A DNA stretch of 64,000 nucleotides, taken from Basidiobolus meristosporus CBS 931.73. Lineage: Eukaryota > Fungi > Basidiobolomycota. Under the pieces are notes generated by a model, which saw only the letters and a list, made by a program, of their open reading frames with translations, was not told the origin of the DNA and did no database searches. The stretch spans positions 1-64,000 of the forward strand of contig MCFE01000282.1 in NCBI GenBank assembly GCA_002104905.1, read 5' to 3'. Shown in pieces: positions 14,185 through 26,592 of this stretch (within the stretch, counting starts at the first letter, position 1; each line of letters starts with the position of its first letter). A program made the position numbers and the translations under genes.

Positions 14185-14466
14185 AGATATCTCAAAAATG
14201 GCCTCCAAGTACCCCAAATTATTTCTGATACTATAGATGACTATTTGGTTGCTCACAACTTTCCAGTTGTATTTAAACGTAAATATTTCAAGAATCAACC
14301 TGGTACTAATGTGGAAGTGGGTTAAATTTATAACCATTTCAAATCTTGGTTTAAAGATGTGCATCCAAGCCACAAAATTTCAACATTGGAAAAGTTTGCA
14401 AATGCTCTTAACTTAAACTGGGATGGTATATTAGAGGACATATTCATTTCTTATGAAGAGATGTAA
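14185..14466 (+). pseudogene. Fragment resembling the C-terminus of a D5-type (SF3) primase-helicase of viral/plasmid origin
   Basis: One frame reads RYLKNGLQVPQIISDTIDDYLVAHNFPVVFKRKYFKNQPGTNVEVG*IYNHFKSWFKDVHPSHKISTLEKFANALNLNWDGILEDIFISYEEM*. It follows the D5/P4 pattern Y..EGL..P..V......Y.......F..........V....LY..F..W......K.....F...L. Recognised by eye only. Absent from the D paralog at 57.2-57.7 kb. Confidence 0.55.
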
Positions 14467-15899
14467 TTGTGTTTAATCTTTTTATAGATATGTAGTTTAT
14501 CTTAACTTTACTTATGTAAACATTTTTTTTTCAAAAAGCTTTTAATCATACTTGTTAATTATTTTTGTAAACAATATTTTTAACTCTGATTAAACTTTTT
14601 CTTTAAAAGGTTTTTCATCAGATGTGTATTTAATCAAGAGACCTTTTGTAGCAATTTCTACCAAGAGTACATTGTATGCATTGGGAGTCATATGATGACA
14701 TTGAAGGAAGATTTATTCTGAAATAGATCACTAATGTCAATTTCAAGCATCTACAGCTTTTATGCAAGGGATTTGTGATGGAACCTGAACTGCAATAATA
14801 TCAACTATGAGTCCATCATAAAGTTGTCAAGATATTTCAGAGTATTGCTACCCAAAGTATCACCCACATGCTTCAATTAATATTTATATGCATATGTCAC
14901 CCTACAAATGCAAGGACTGGATGAACTGAATAAGTATTTTTTCAAGTGGCCTTCCAATGCTATTTCCATCAGAAGTATATTAGTAGCATTGGGAGTCAGA
15001 CATTGATATTGCAGGTATTTTATTCAGACATGGATCACAAATCCCAATTTGTGTCATGTACAGCTTTTGGGAGCTTCTGATGGGATTTGAGTGACTATAC
15101 TACTAGCATATAGCTGAGTGTACAGGTCTCTGCTGCCACTTTATCCATTCTCTGCTCCATTTTGCTTGGTGTGTGGAGAGTGTTGAGTCTTCCTACATGT
15201 TTTGGGAGCTTTATATAGAGTAGATGTTTAGAGACATGGCAAGATGAGTCCAATTGCAGGTACTACCCCATCCCAATCCTTTCAAGAGCTCCACCTTTAT
15301 ATCTGCTATGAATGAGCTGATCTGGCACAAGGAGGATAGCCAGGAAGAGTTGGAAAACACTCAAGACAGAAGTGTACTTGGAGACACCTTTGCAGTTGTC
15401 ATTAGGAAGCTTAGCAGCCCAAAAGCATAGGTATTGAATTAAGAATTGCAAGGTTGGCTTGGACAATACAACCTACTAATTTTTCAGGACAACTCTACAT
15501 AAGTAAGCCTTGTTTCTCCTGCTTGCAAGGTAGCTTCTACACCGTTCTATTAAGAATGCAAACAAACATGACCCAGAGCACACCCATATGGGGGATCAGC
15601 ATTAAGCAGAGATAAGGAATAGATTTGATAAGAACCAAGAAGTTGTTGCATATACTAAGGCTGTATTCATGGCAATAGTGGCAGCAACTAAGCATATGCA
15701 TGCATGATGTATTTATCAATAGCAATTTAAGATATTTATTTATTTATTCCATATAAGTTACTACATGCATTAGCCAGTAAGGTATGTTCATAAAAATGTA
15801 GACAGCAATACTACTGTCAAACTTCCATGCAATTCTTGCCAAAATACTGTTCCAATATTGTACAGCTTTTAACATAATTTAGCAGTACATCTAGCAAGT

Positions 15900-16420
15900 G
15901 CCATCCCTGTCCTGTCATAGGTGTGTGTGAAGGGTTAATAGCTCCAATCTGCCAGCATTTTAATAGCCTCATTTTAGCAGCCATATATTGTTCTTAAGTC
16001 AATTATCCCATCATTGCCAAGCTTGATTCTGGCAAGGTTATGAGCTTGTTTGAGGTCAATCTCAAAGGGCACTTTGGCAGTGGAAAGGTGATCCAGTAAG
16101 GTGATAATCAGGAGTAAAGGATACTGGCTTTTGATTGTGATCTTATTCAGTCCATGATAGTCTATTCATGTCTGTTGGGTATCATTGTCTTTCTGACAAA
16201 GAGGCTAGGAGCACTTGCTGGAAACCTACAACAGTGAATAAGATCTACCTGCAAGCTTTTTGATATAGCATGGGGTACTTTTAGCTTGGGTTGCAAGAGG
16301 TTCTTTTTGGAAACTAGTTTGTTTCTGTGGGCAGTTAAAATCAGGATCTAGCATCAAGATCCCCCAATGAGACAGCCATAATGCTTGCAGCTTGGAATTA
16401 ATGGCCCTATTTTAAATCTT
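15900..16420 (-). pseudogene. Ty3/Gypsy reverse transcriptase relic (family distinct from B)
   Basis: Reverse strand reads approximately LNKITIKSQYPLLLIITLLDHLSTAKVPFEIDLKQAHNLARIK, the Gypsy RT LN..T.K..YPLP.I..LLD.L..AK.F.KIDL motif. Confidence 0.7.
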
Positions 16421-18739
16421 ATGTGGGGATTATGGCAGTGTTTTGTGTGCACTGCTGCTAAATAGGTATATAAGCTTAACAGTGTTGAGGCATTCCACTG
16501 ATTTGATTTTAATGGCAATCTGATGGTCTTAACATATCCTATACTTAATTCAGCAGACCTAACTAGCCAGTATATGCAAAAGCTATATATGGAAAATAAC
16601 TTGATGGTATTTCAACAGCCTAGTTGTAGACATCTGTTGGCTTTATACTGGAGGTAAAGGAGTCTACTGCTAGCACTGTACAATGCCACAATACTAATTA
16701 CCAATAGTATCTTCTTTACTACCTCCCATTATGCCATTCATATATTCTGTTATAAATTCACCCAAATTTAGCTTCTCACCCACTACTACCATATGTATTC
16801 AACTCAAAGTTTGAATCAGGAAAAACAATGACCTCCTGCTTGCTAGCTGCTACATATGTGCTTACCTACTACAAATATATACTCTATTACCTCAACTTTG
16901 TGGCTTGTCAGTGTTATACTTGCAAAGCTGCTATGTACCATTAATATTTGAGATATTGGACTATCTGGTATAACTCAGCAGCTAAAATTTAATACCTACT
17001 CTGCCTACTATCAGAGACTGTAGGGCTCATTGTCAGCCTTAGCCTGGGCACTTCCCTTCTGATCTATGATCTTATGACTCCTTCTGTAGTTAGGATCAAA
17101 TTGGCACCTTTACCAAACACCAAATAGTAGCCTTAAAACTGTTAAAGAATACTCCACACAATTAGGAAACTCTCCCAACTTAGTGTTACAGCTTTATTAC
17201 ATCTGCAAAGGTTTAATTATTGAGTAAGCAACAGCTTGAACATTTTTACTATTTTTTGAAAAATTCCTTACTTGCAAGACACTTCTTAAGTTGCAGCAGG
17301 TTATGAGCTCCAATTGCCTTCATTGATTTTAAACATGACTTCAATCAGTACAGAGTACAACATTATGATCATCCCTGCAAAGGAGTGGCTTGATATCAAG
17401 AACTGCAGACTTTGACTACTAAGATGCAGGTCTGCCTTTGAGAAAGAGAGCTTTGGAATATAATAAAATGCAAGGAAGTTGAGCCTAACAAAGCAGCAGA
17501 AGAAGTTGAGAAGTCTTTAGAAAAGGTGAGAAGTGCCCTCAATTCTATATGTATCAATGTGCAAGACTCCTTATTAGACCAATACATGCTTTTAAATCAG
17601 TCAAAACAGCATGCATATCTTTAGAGAAGATCTTTAAAGCAAAGTGGTATCAAGAAGTCAGTTCTTCCACATCAGGAAGAAGCCAGAGGATTATATCCTA
17701 CAACTAATTGCAAGTATTATCATCTGCCATTTGAATGTCAAGGTTAGATGAGTTTTTAGTCAAATCATTAGTGTTATGCTTAGCCTATTGGTATTTCAGT
17801 ATTTGTCAGCAATTCATCTGGCAAAATATATTTAAGGAACTGTTGGAACATCAACAACAATCAATTTAAGTTTTAGTCAATACAATACTAGTTGAGCTCC
17901 CTATCTCTCTACAACTCTTATATCAAGACTTGTAATATTGGCAGCAGGAATAATCAGAAACCCTCCCTAAGATGTTGGAAATCAAGATGCTTTTAAGCCT
18001 CTACATTAGCAGACACCACTTAGCAGGAAGCTAAAGACAGCTACAGAGAAAGGAATACTCAAGAATACACAGATCAGTGTAGATTTCTACTTAGAGAGCT
18101 TAAAAGACTGAACCCCATTGATCAAGTTGAATACTTAATTGATGGGCTGAAAGGAAGAGCTTACAAGGAAGTGAGTTGTTAAAGACCTCAGAATATTGAA
18201 GAGGGCCTAAGCATTGCCACTGACTATGGCTCAGCTATTCTGAAGTGGAAAGCCTAAAGTGAATATTCAGAAAAGTTATAATCACTAGAAAAGAAGACAA
18301 TCCAAAGTAGTGCCAATGGCAAAAGACACTATGCAGAAGAATCCCAGCTCAGAAGAGTGTAAGAGAAAGGACTTTATTTAAGTTGCTAACAGTATAGGCA
18401 CAAGTCAAGGTACTGCCATTAAACAGTAAAGAGTCCAAAGTCAACAAGAATCTTCTACTATTTTAAAGCCCCTGACTATAGTGATATGGAGTATCTGCCA
18501 AGATAGTGGTTGACTCAGAAACACTGCACAAGTACATCTCAAACAACTTGCCTTGAAAGCTGGAATCCACTTGGTATCTACCAAATATACTACTGTTTCA
18601 ATAGCAAATGGAAACTCTTGCCTGATCACCTATATAACTTAGCCAGTAAGAATGAATAACAATGACCCTGAAGAAGACCTACTGGCCTACATATCTAGAA
18701 ACCACATACTTGACCTGCTACTTAGAAGAGTTTGGCATA

Positions 18740-20838
18740 TAGCTAATTGAGTTGACTAAAACCAATATAACTTAAACATTCTAGCGGTAAATCCTGACAT
18801 TCTCTGCTACTAAAGTTAAGAGGGCTCTCTTGAATCTCTGTTCTTGTGATATCAATATCTTGATGGTTCAGTATTTCTGGCAAGTCTTGCAAGCTTGAGT
18901 CTATCTCTATGAACTAAATCTTCCTCAATACTCCCTTTGTCCACCAGTTGGTAAGTTGTATATGGACATTCTCTGATGATCTTCAAAGATCCTGTTCATT
19001 GTGGCTCAAACTTCTCCCAACATGTTCTTGGCTCAGTACTCCACCGATTACATAGTCTGAAGTATCTGTGTACAGAGTTCACTCTTTTCTGAAGTTTGGG
19101 AGTCTTAAGCTTGGCAGTTTAGCAGGTTCATAGTATGGGTTCTCCAGTTGATTGATACATTGCAACAAAATAGCCAGATTTTTCCAGGAACAAGGTGAAA
19201 TTTGCAGTTCCCAAATACATAGACCTGTAGGACCTCTTCATAGTCATTCACCTTCATCCTTGCTGGCTGAGTAATACAGTTGATGACATGAAAGTTTCCA
19301 TCAGCTGTTATGACCAATGTTCATTTGGTTGGTTCCAAGTGTAATTCAAGCTTTCAAAGCAAACTTCTCTGACATGTACTCATGCAACGCTCCTGAGTCA
19401 AACATAATCTTGGCAGGTACTTCATTGGCTACTCCATTCATGTGTAATAGCTTTCCTGAGTTTGAGGTAATCTGGTATAGGTATTCTTCTGTCTTTTGGA
19501 AGGTCAGTTCTGAATCTTCTTCAAGTTCTTCCTCCATGTTACTATGCTCAAGGCTTCAATATGGTTTAAGGTTCCTGATGGCTGGTGTCCATTTCTTTTC
19601 TGAGGGCAATACTTTGCAATATTTTTTTGCTGGTGGCAATTAAAGCAAAGTCCTTTCTTTTTACATTTGTCTGAGGTAGGATTCTTCTGCATAGTGTCTA
19701 TTTCCATTGGCACTGCTTCTAATTGGCTTCTTTTATAGTGATTGTAGCCTCTCCAATTAGTCATTGTGGGCTTTCCAACTCCAACATAGCTGAGTCATAG
19801 TCAATGGCAATCTTGATGGCTTCTTCAATAGTCTGAGGTCTTTGATAATTCACTTCCTTGCAAGTCTTTTGTTTCAACCCATCAATGAAGTATTCCACTT
19901 GATCTGGGGGGTCTATCTTTTGATTGTCCAAGTAGATATCTATATTCATAGTTGTACTCTTGAGCCATTCCTTTCTGCCTGAGTGACTTTAACTTTCTTC
20001 TTAGTAGTGTCTACTGGCTTGGGGGTTCATAAGCATTCTGCATTTCCAGCACAGATTGATCCTAGGTAAAGATTGTAGAGCACCCCATCATAGTGGCTGA
20101 CCTGACCTTGTTGTGGAATCACAGTAAAGCTGCATCTGCCAGGTAAGAGGCTGCAAAATGTAACTTGCTTTCTGGAGCAAATCCCTTGGCCTTGAAAGCT
20201 TCTTCAATCTGGAAGAGCTAAGTTCCCCAGCTTTCATTGACTCTACCATGCTACCAGTTGACCTTCACACTAAAGTTGCTCTTGATAGGGTGTTGCTGGC
20301 TCTGGGCCATATTAGTCATTCCTTCTTGCTGCTGCCTAAGGAACAGGAGTAACTGTTGCTGTTGGGCCAGGATTTGTTGCATGGCGTTCTTCCATTCTTG
20401 ATTTTCTTACATCTTGCAGATGGCTTCTTCTTTCTTCAGGGGGGGGAGGTTTCTGGTAATTGCTGCTACTAATGTTACAAGTCTTGATATAAATATTGTA
20501 GAGTAATAGGCAGTTTAGCTAGTATTGTATTCACTGAAACTTGAACTGATTTTTATTGAGATTCCAGCAGCTCCTTATATCATCTTCCCATATCAATTGC
20601 TAACTAATTTTATTTCCTAATGTAGGCTGTGGTTGATGACTTGTTTCATTGCATCATCATCACCCAACAAGATCCTACAAATATATCTATTTCTGTTTGA
20701 TAAGGATCTGTTGATTCATTTGCTGACGAATGATCCACATGTGATAGATAACACTGATGTTCTGACAGGCTAAACATATAACTAACTGACTTGACTGAAA
20801 CTGATCTAACTTATACATTCAAGCAGTAGATCATAACA
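18740..20838 (-). mobile_element. Internally deleted Gypsy B derivative (5' LTR 20473-20838, gag-PR, RNase H stub, integrase tail, truncated 3' LTR)
   Basis: gag YFIDGLKQKT, knuckle CFNCHQQKNIAKYC, protease FDSGA, then TLYTDTSDYVIGGVLSQE, then a GPY/F-like tail, then ~60 bp of LTR B starting at 18799. Confidence 0.75.
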
Positions 20839-21778
20839 CACTGACTACAAAGCCTTGAACTCAGTTGCATTGATGAATAAGTAGACTATGCTGCAGAATG
20901 TTAAGTATCAGAACCAACTGAATGAAGACACAAAATATGGCAAGATTGACCTCATGTCGGGACATAACTAGACATGTCTGAAGCTAGAAGTTATCCCTAT
21001 GATAGCATTTAGTCCAGATGTGGACATTAGGAATACAAGGTTATGAGTTTTGGTCTCACCAATGCCCTGGCAATATTCATGACCTTTATTCAAACTGTTT
21101 TCCAGGAGCACTTAGACAAATTTGAGGCAATCTACCTTGAAGACCAATGGATATGTAGCAATTCAAAAGAGGACAGCTTGGTGTACACTGAAAAGGTCTT
21201 GAAGAGAGTAAGAAAGAACAAGCTATAAGGCAAGATAGCAAGTTGTCAGTGCTTCAAAGAGTATGTTCAATATCTGCAACATATATTGACTAGCACAGTA
21301 GTGACCCTAGACCTCAAGAAAGTAGTGATTATCACGTATAAGAAGCAACCCCATAGTGTCTTGGAGCACTGATCATTTCTTGGAATGGTTTCCTATTGTT
21401 GAAGATTTGTCAATTTTTTTGCAGAGTCTATAGCCTCTCTGACTGATATCCTCAAGATAGACAACACCTTAAAGTGGGATATAGCCTGTGCATCTGGCCT
21501 TCAGTAGTTTGAGAATGAACTTGCCAAGCTGCCAAGTTTAGGAATACATGACTTCAGATAGGAGTTTACACTCTGCACAGATGCTTCAGACTATGCAATT
21601 GGTGAGGCATTAAGCCAACAATAAGAAGGAAGGGAACACCCAGTTACATTCAAATCCAAGTAACTGAACTCAGCAGAACAAAATGATTCAGTGCATGAGA
21701 AGGAGATACTTACCATAATACACTGCTTAAAGACATTAAGATACTAAATTGCAGGAGTCAAGTACGCAGTGAATACTG

Positions 21779-24700
21779 TGTTGTGGTTTAAGAAGAAATT
21801 TGAATATAAGGTACCTCTCACATTAAAGTGATAATAGTTGAAGCTTTGTGTATTCATAAGGAAGCTCAGTATTTATACCTTTGAAGAAGTGATACAGCTG
21901 CAAAGCTGAGTAAGGAGATTTTCTCAGCACTCAGGAGCATTCTGTAACAGTTTCAGGGTTAGTACATAATGTGTGGTAAAAGTGCTAATTTGATCTTGAA
22001 TATAGGGAAATAATCATGTGATCATAGATCTGAAGAAAGTGGCAAAGTTAGGGCTGTGGGTTAGTGCTACAGTGACCAAGACTAGTCCAGAGCTATCTAG
22101 TAACTGTTTAGCTGCTGAATGATATCAAATAGTCCATTATGTCTAAACTCCCCCTCAGCTAATTAATATTTAGTCCTGCTTACTTGGTGAAGCTTTCAAA
22201 CTGTGGTCTGTCAAGGGGTTTTCTATGTAAATATGCCTTTGTTGTGTCAGTTAGGCAGTAAAGTAACTCTACTGATTTCTTCTCTACAGCTTACCTCACA
22301 AAGTGGTGTTGTATATCTAGGTACTTAGTTCTGGCATGATTAGTAGGATTCAAACTAGTGAAATACACATTTTACTACCTTTGTAAGTACATGTTGGTTC
22401 ATGTGAATTCAAGCCTAAGTCTTTGAGTAATTTTTGAAGCCAAATAGCCTCCATAATTGCTTGAGAAGAGGCCATATACTCTGCTTTAGTTTTAGATAGG
22501 GCAACATTTTGTTATTTCTTGCAATTCCAAGTAAGAGCTGCACCAGAATAACAAATTCATACCTTGTGATGGAGCATCTGTCAATCAATCCCTACCCTGA
22601 TCTGATTTTCTATAACCATTAAAATTGTGCTTATTAGCTGCTACAGAGTATTCCAGCACCATATTTATGATGCCTTGTAAATATTGGAAAATCCACCTAA
22701 CTGCTGTAAGCTGATTTAATCCATAATTTTGCATGAATTGACTATTATTCTAACTGCCAGTGCAGTATTGGGTTATATAGACATTATCAGGTATATCAGC
22801 AACCTATCATGGATTGATAGTGAAGTTCTGGTCCATATTCCAGCCTTTTCCATTTAATTTGGCTGTCATTTGCTCAGTTTCAGGTTATTGTTCATTGGAG
22901 TATCAGCAGGCTTGCAATTTTACATTTTGAAGCATTTAAGAATATCCCTTGTGTACTTGGACTGATTCAGCAAACTTTTCTGCATAGGTATGTCTAATTG
23001 GACATCAATTCCAAGAAAATAACTCAATTCTCCAAGATCTTTGATCTCAAACTTGCTGACAAGTCTTGATTTAATCTGTTTGACTGCCTCCTGGCCAGTT
23101 GCATTTGATATCAGGTTGTCTACATAAAGAACTAAGATGATCACATCTTTTTTTGCTATTTGACATATATACTCTAATCTGCAGTGCCATAAATGAACCC
23201 AATCTCCTCTAGATATGTGTCAATCCTGATTTACCATGCTCTATGTGCCTGATTAAGCCCATACAACAATTTCCTAAGTCTGCACAGCATATGGGTGCCT
23301 CTTGGATTGGTAACATGTACTGGTTGCTTGATACATAGAGTTTCTTGCAGATCTTCATTCAGAAAAGCTGTTTTGTCATCCATTTGATGTTGATCTAGAC
23401 TGTGTACAGCTGCCAGGGCTAGAACTATCCTAATGAAGTTATACTTGGCAATTGGAGCAAATATTTCCTCAAAACCTAATCTCTGGATCTGGGACTAGTC
23501 TTCAGCCACTAATCTAGCCTTGTACTTATCATCAATACCATTTTTTGATTGCATCATCAGGCAGCTGGCCTTTGATTTCAGTGGCTTCCTGATCTCAACT
23601 TTCCTCAAATATAATGTCCCTGCCCTAGATCAGCCTCTGAATTTTGCCATCACACACTTTATACCCTTTAGTATCCTTGCAATACCCAAGAAAGATATCT
23701 TTTCTACTCTTTGGCCCTAACTTTCTGCATTTTCTATCAAGGATGTGATGAAGGACTTCACTAACAAAGATCCTGAGGTGCTTGAGGTCTTGTTTTTTGC
23801 CTGTATATGCTTCAAAGGGAGTACAGTCATGTAAAGCAGATGTTGGGTGTCTATTCCAGATATCAGCAGTGGTAGCAACAGATTCAGTCCAACTTGTATT
23901 CCATTCCTTTATCATGTAGCAAAGATTGTCCCATCTCTATTTTTGTAATTTTGCACATTCTCTTACTCCATTTTGCTGTGCAGTATATGGAACAATGGTC
24001 TGTTGAGGTATACCAGCTGATGAGCAGTATTTTGCAAGCTCCTTTGAGCAATATTCCCCTCCATTATCACTGCAATATACCTTCAACTTACACCCCATAT
24101 GTGCTTCTGCCATGTTTCTGATATACTTAAGCATCTCTACAGCCTGATCCTTTGTCATGAGGAAGTAAACCTGTGTATATCTCTTCTTGTCATCAATAAA
24201 TGTGATGAAGTATCTGTCGGCTCCAAAGAATAGTGTTCTCATGGGCCCACATATGTCTGGGTGCAGAGTAGCCAGTATTTTGATAGTGGCAGTAGCTGCT
24301 GAGCTCCTGAAAAAATTGCATAGCCTGTCTGCCATATGAACAACCCTTACTGACATTGATTTTGATTGCATATGAGTGATTTAGGCCCAAAACAAGTCAA
24401 TTTTCTACCAGTTGGCTCATTTTCTGTACTTCAATGTGTCCTAGCCTCCTGTGCCATGTCTCCCAGTTGGGTTCATCAGTTTCAGCAATATTGACCTACT
24501 CAGGTACAATGGTCTTGCATTGTAACTTGCATATATTGTGATCTCTGATATTTAAAGCTAATCTTGTCCATTTTCACTCAATGCTGAGCAGCTCAGCTTA
24601 GTCAAGACAAATTTTAGTTCCTGAGTAGTTGCTTTACTGACTAACAGTAGGCTCCTAGCAATTCTGGGCACATGGAGAACATCAGTCAGTTTTGCTGTTG

Positions 24701-26099
24701 CTGTCCCTGCTATATCACTCATGCTTAACTGCCTAGACCCACTGGCAGCAGCTTCCAGTCCAGAGTTCTCTATCAGATAAACATTTCTTGTAGGAGTAGT
24801 ATCTAAGTGGCTGAGCCACTCCTATATACCAGAAATATGCTGTTATGCTCCAGAGTCAATATTTCATTCTTTACTTTGGTTACTTGCACTTGTTGGTACA
24901 GTCACAAATAACTGCTCATAAGTAGCTATAGGGTTAGCCTGCTCCAGTTACTTTTTTATGTCTGTTTGTTTCTTCTTGCATTCTCTTGCCCAGTGTTCTG
25001 GCTTTTGACAGTTGTTACAGCAACCACATTTTCTTTGGTTGGATAGCTATCCTTTCATTTCTGGGTGCCTTTCTAGGCTGAATAAAGCATTATCTTCAGT
25101 TTTATCTGCTCAATCATTACATCTGAGTACTTCATGGAAGAGTCTTTCTTTCAAGTAGTGTAAAGTTGGTTATCTTCTCTGCTTCAAAAGGAAAGTATGA
25201 GTGGCTCATAGCTGTCTGGTAAGTTGCAAAGCAGACAGAGTATCTTTTCTTCATCACGTAAACCAGTATTAATACTGTAAAGTTCTTTTGCAAGTGTCTC
25301 CATTCTGATAATCACTTGTGGCATGTCACTTCTGGTTTCTTCCTCATGTTGAGGAATTTTGTTTTCAATAAAGCCTGCTTGAAACTGACTTTGCTCTAGA
25401 GATCTTTTCAAAGGATTCCCATGCTGCTTTGGCAGTATTTGAAGCATGATTTGTCTAATGAAGGAATCTTGCACATTGATACATATGGCATTAAGAGCTT
25501 TTCTCTCATTTTATTGAGACTTTTTCACTTCTTCTGCTGTTCCTGTGTGCTCAACCTCATTTTCTGTTACTATATTTGAAAGCTTTCTTTCTTTAAGGTG
25601 GATCTGCTTCTTGATTCTCCAAGGTCTGTAGTTCTTCTCATAAAACCTCTCCTTTGGAGGAAAGATGTTTGTATTGTTCTGTTAGCTGGCAGACATCATC
25701 ATTAGAATGGATTAGAGCAGTTGGGGCTCATAATTTGATGCAATTTAAGAAGTAATTTGGATATAAGGAACTTAGCACAAAATAGTGAGAACAGTTGAAC
25801 TATTGTTTATTCATAAAGAAGTTCAGTATTTTACCTTTGTAGAAGTAAAATAACTGTAACACTAAGTAGAGTTTCTCAACACTTAGCAGCATTATGAAAC
25901 AGTATCAGGATTAGCATACAATGTCTGGTATAAGTGCTAATCTTATCTTGACTATAGGGGAATAATCACGCAATCATAGATCTGAAGGGAGTGACAAAGT
26001 TGGGGCTGTAGCTTAGTCCTACAGTGACCAAGACTAGTCCAGAGTTGTTAAGTAAATTTGTAGCTGCTGGATGATTACATATAGTCCAACATTTCAACA
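21779..26099 (-). mobile_element. Decayed full-length Copia family C element inserted in the Gypsy B RNase H
   Basis: LTRs ~21779-22147 and 25736-26099. PBS relic AATTATGAGCCCC, PPT GAGGGGGAG. Integrase ORF 23937-24371 (HPDICGPM...FIDD...SDNGGEY...QQNG), RT LVLYVDNL (22920-23144), gag ORF 25184-25474. Confidence 0.85.
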
Positions 26100-26261
26100 A
26101 ACTAATAATTCCTCACTGAAGTATATAAACCAAGAAGGCTCCATCCAGAAGAAAGGCAAAGTGGAGTGAGCACAATCAGCAACTTAACTTAAAGATTGTC
26201 TACTGCCTTGGGAAAAATAACTTGGTTGCTGATGCCCTATCAAAAGTAAAACAAGTTGCCC

Positions 26262-26592
26262 AAATTGCGGTCTAATTTTTACATCATGTTTTTGTTCTAA
26301 ATTTGTGTTAAAGTTACAATCTACTCCAACCAGCTCTTGTTGTATATTCTTTAATTTTTGCTCTGATTTTTGTAGGTCTATTTCAAACTCTACTCTACGT
26401 TCCAAAACTTTTTTATATTCTTGCAAGACCTTTTTTGATTCTTGTTTAGCCAAATTCAAATCATACTCTGACATATTTAATCTTTCTTTTAATTGTTGAT
26501 CAGAATTGGTTTCCAGATTTTGTACAAAATCATCAACATATTTGTTACCCAATTTGTTTATTAACAAAACAGTTGTTACGTAATCCTTAAGT
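26262..26592 (-). other. Non-retroelement AT-rich coding fragment (coiled coil) inside the Gypsy pol
   Basis: Stop-free frame LKDYVTTVLLINKLGNKYVDDFVQNLETNSDQQLKERLNMSEYDLNLAKQESKKVLQEYKKVLERRVEFEIDLQKSEQKLKNIQQELVGVDCNFNTNLEQKHDVKIRPQF lies between Gypsy ADALSKVKQVAQI and the integrase core. Three CpGs retained. No paralog in the window. Confidence 0.55.

Larger units (their letters stand above)
8100..15850 (+). mobile_element. Family D copy 2: ORF2 relic minus (~8.1-10.4 kb), transposase relic plus (~10.5-15.8 kb), with nested insertions
   Basis: ORF 13863-14126 YPASKSCWPHILNNLNLL...ESYLYPLLDE is the Tnp2 core. Collinear with 48.4-58.7 kb. Confidence 0.65.
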
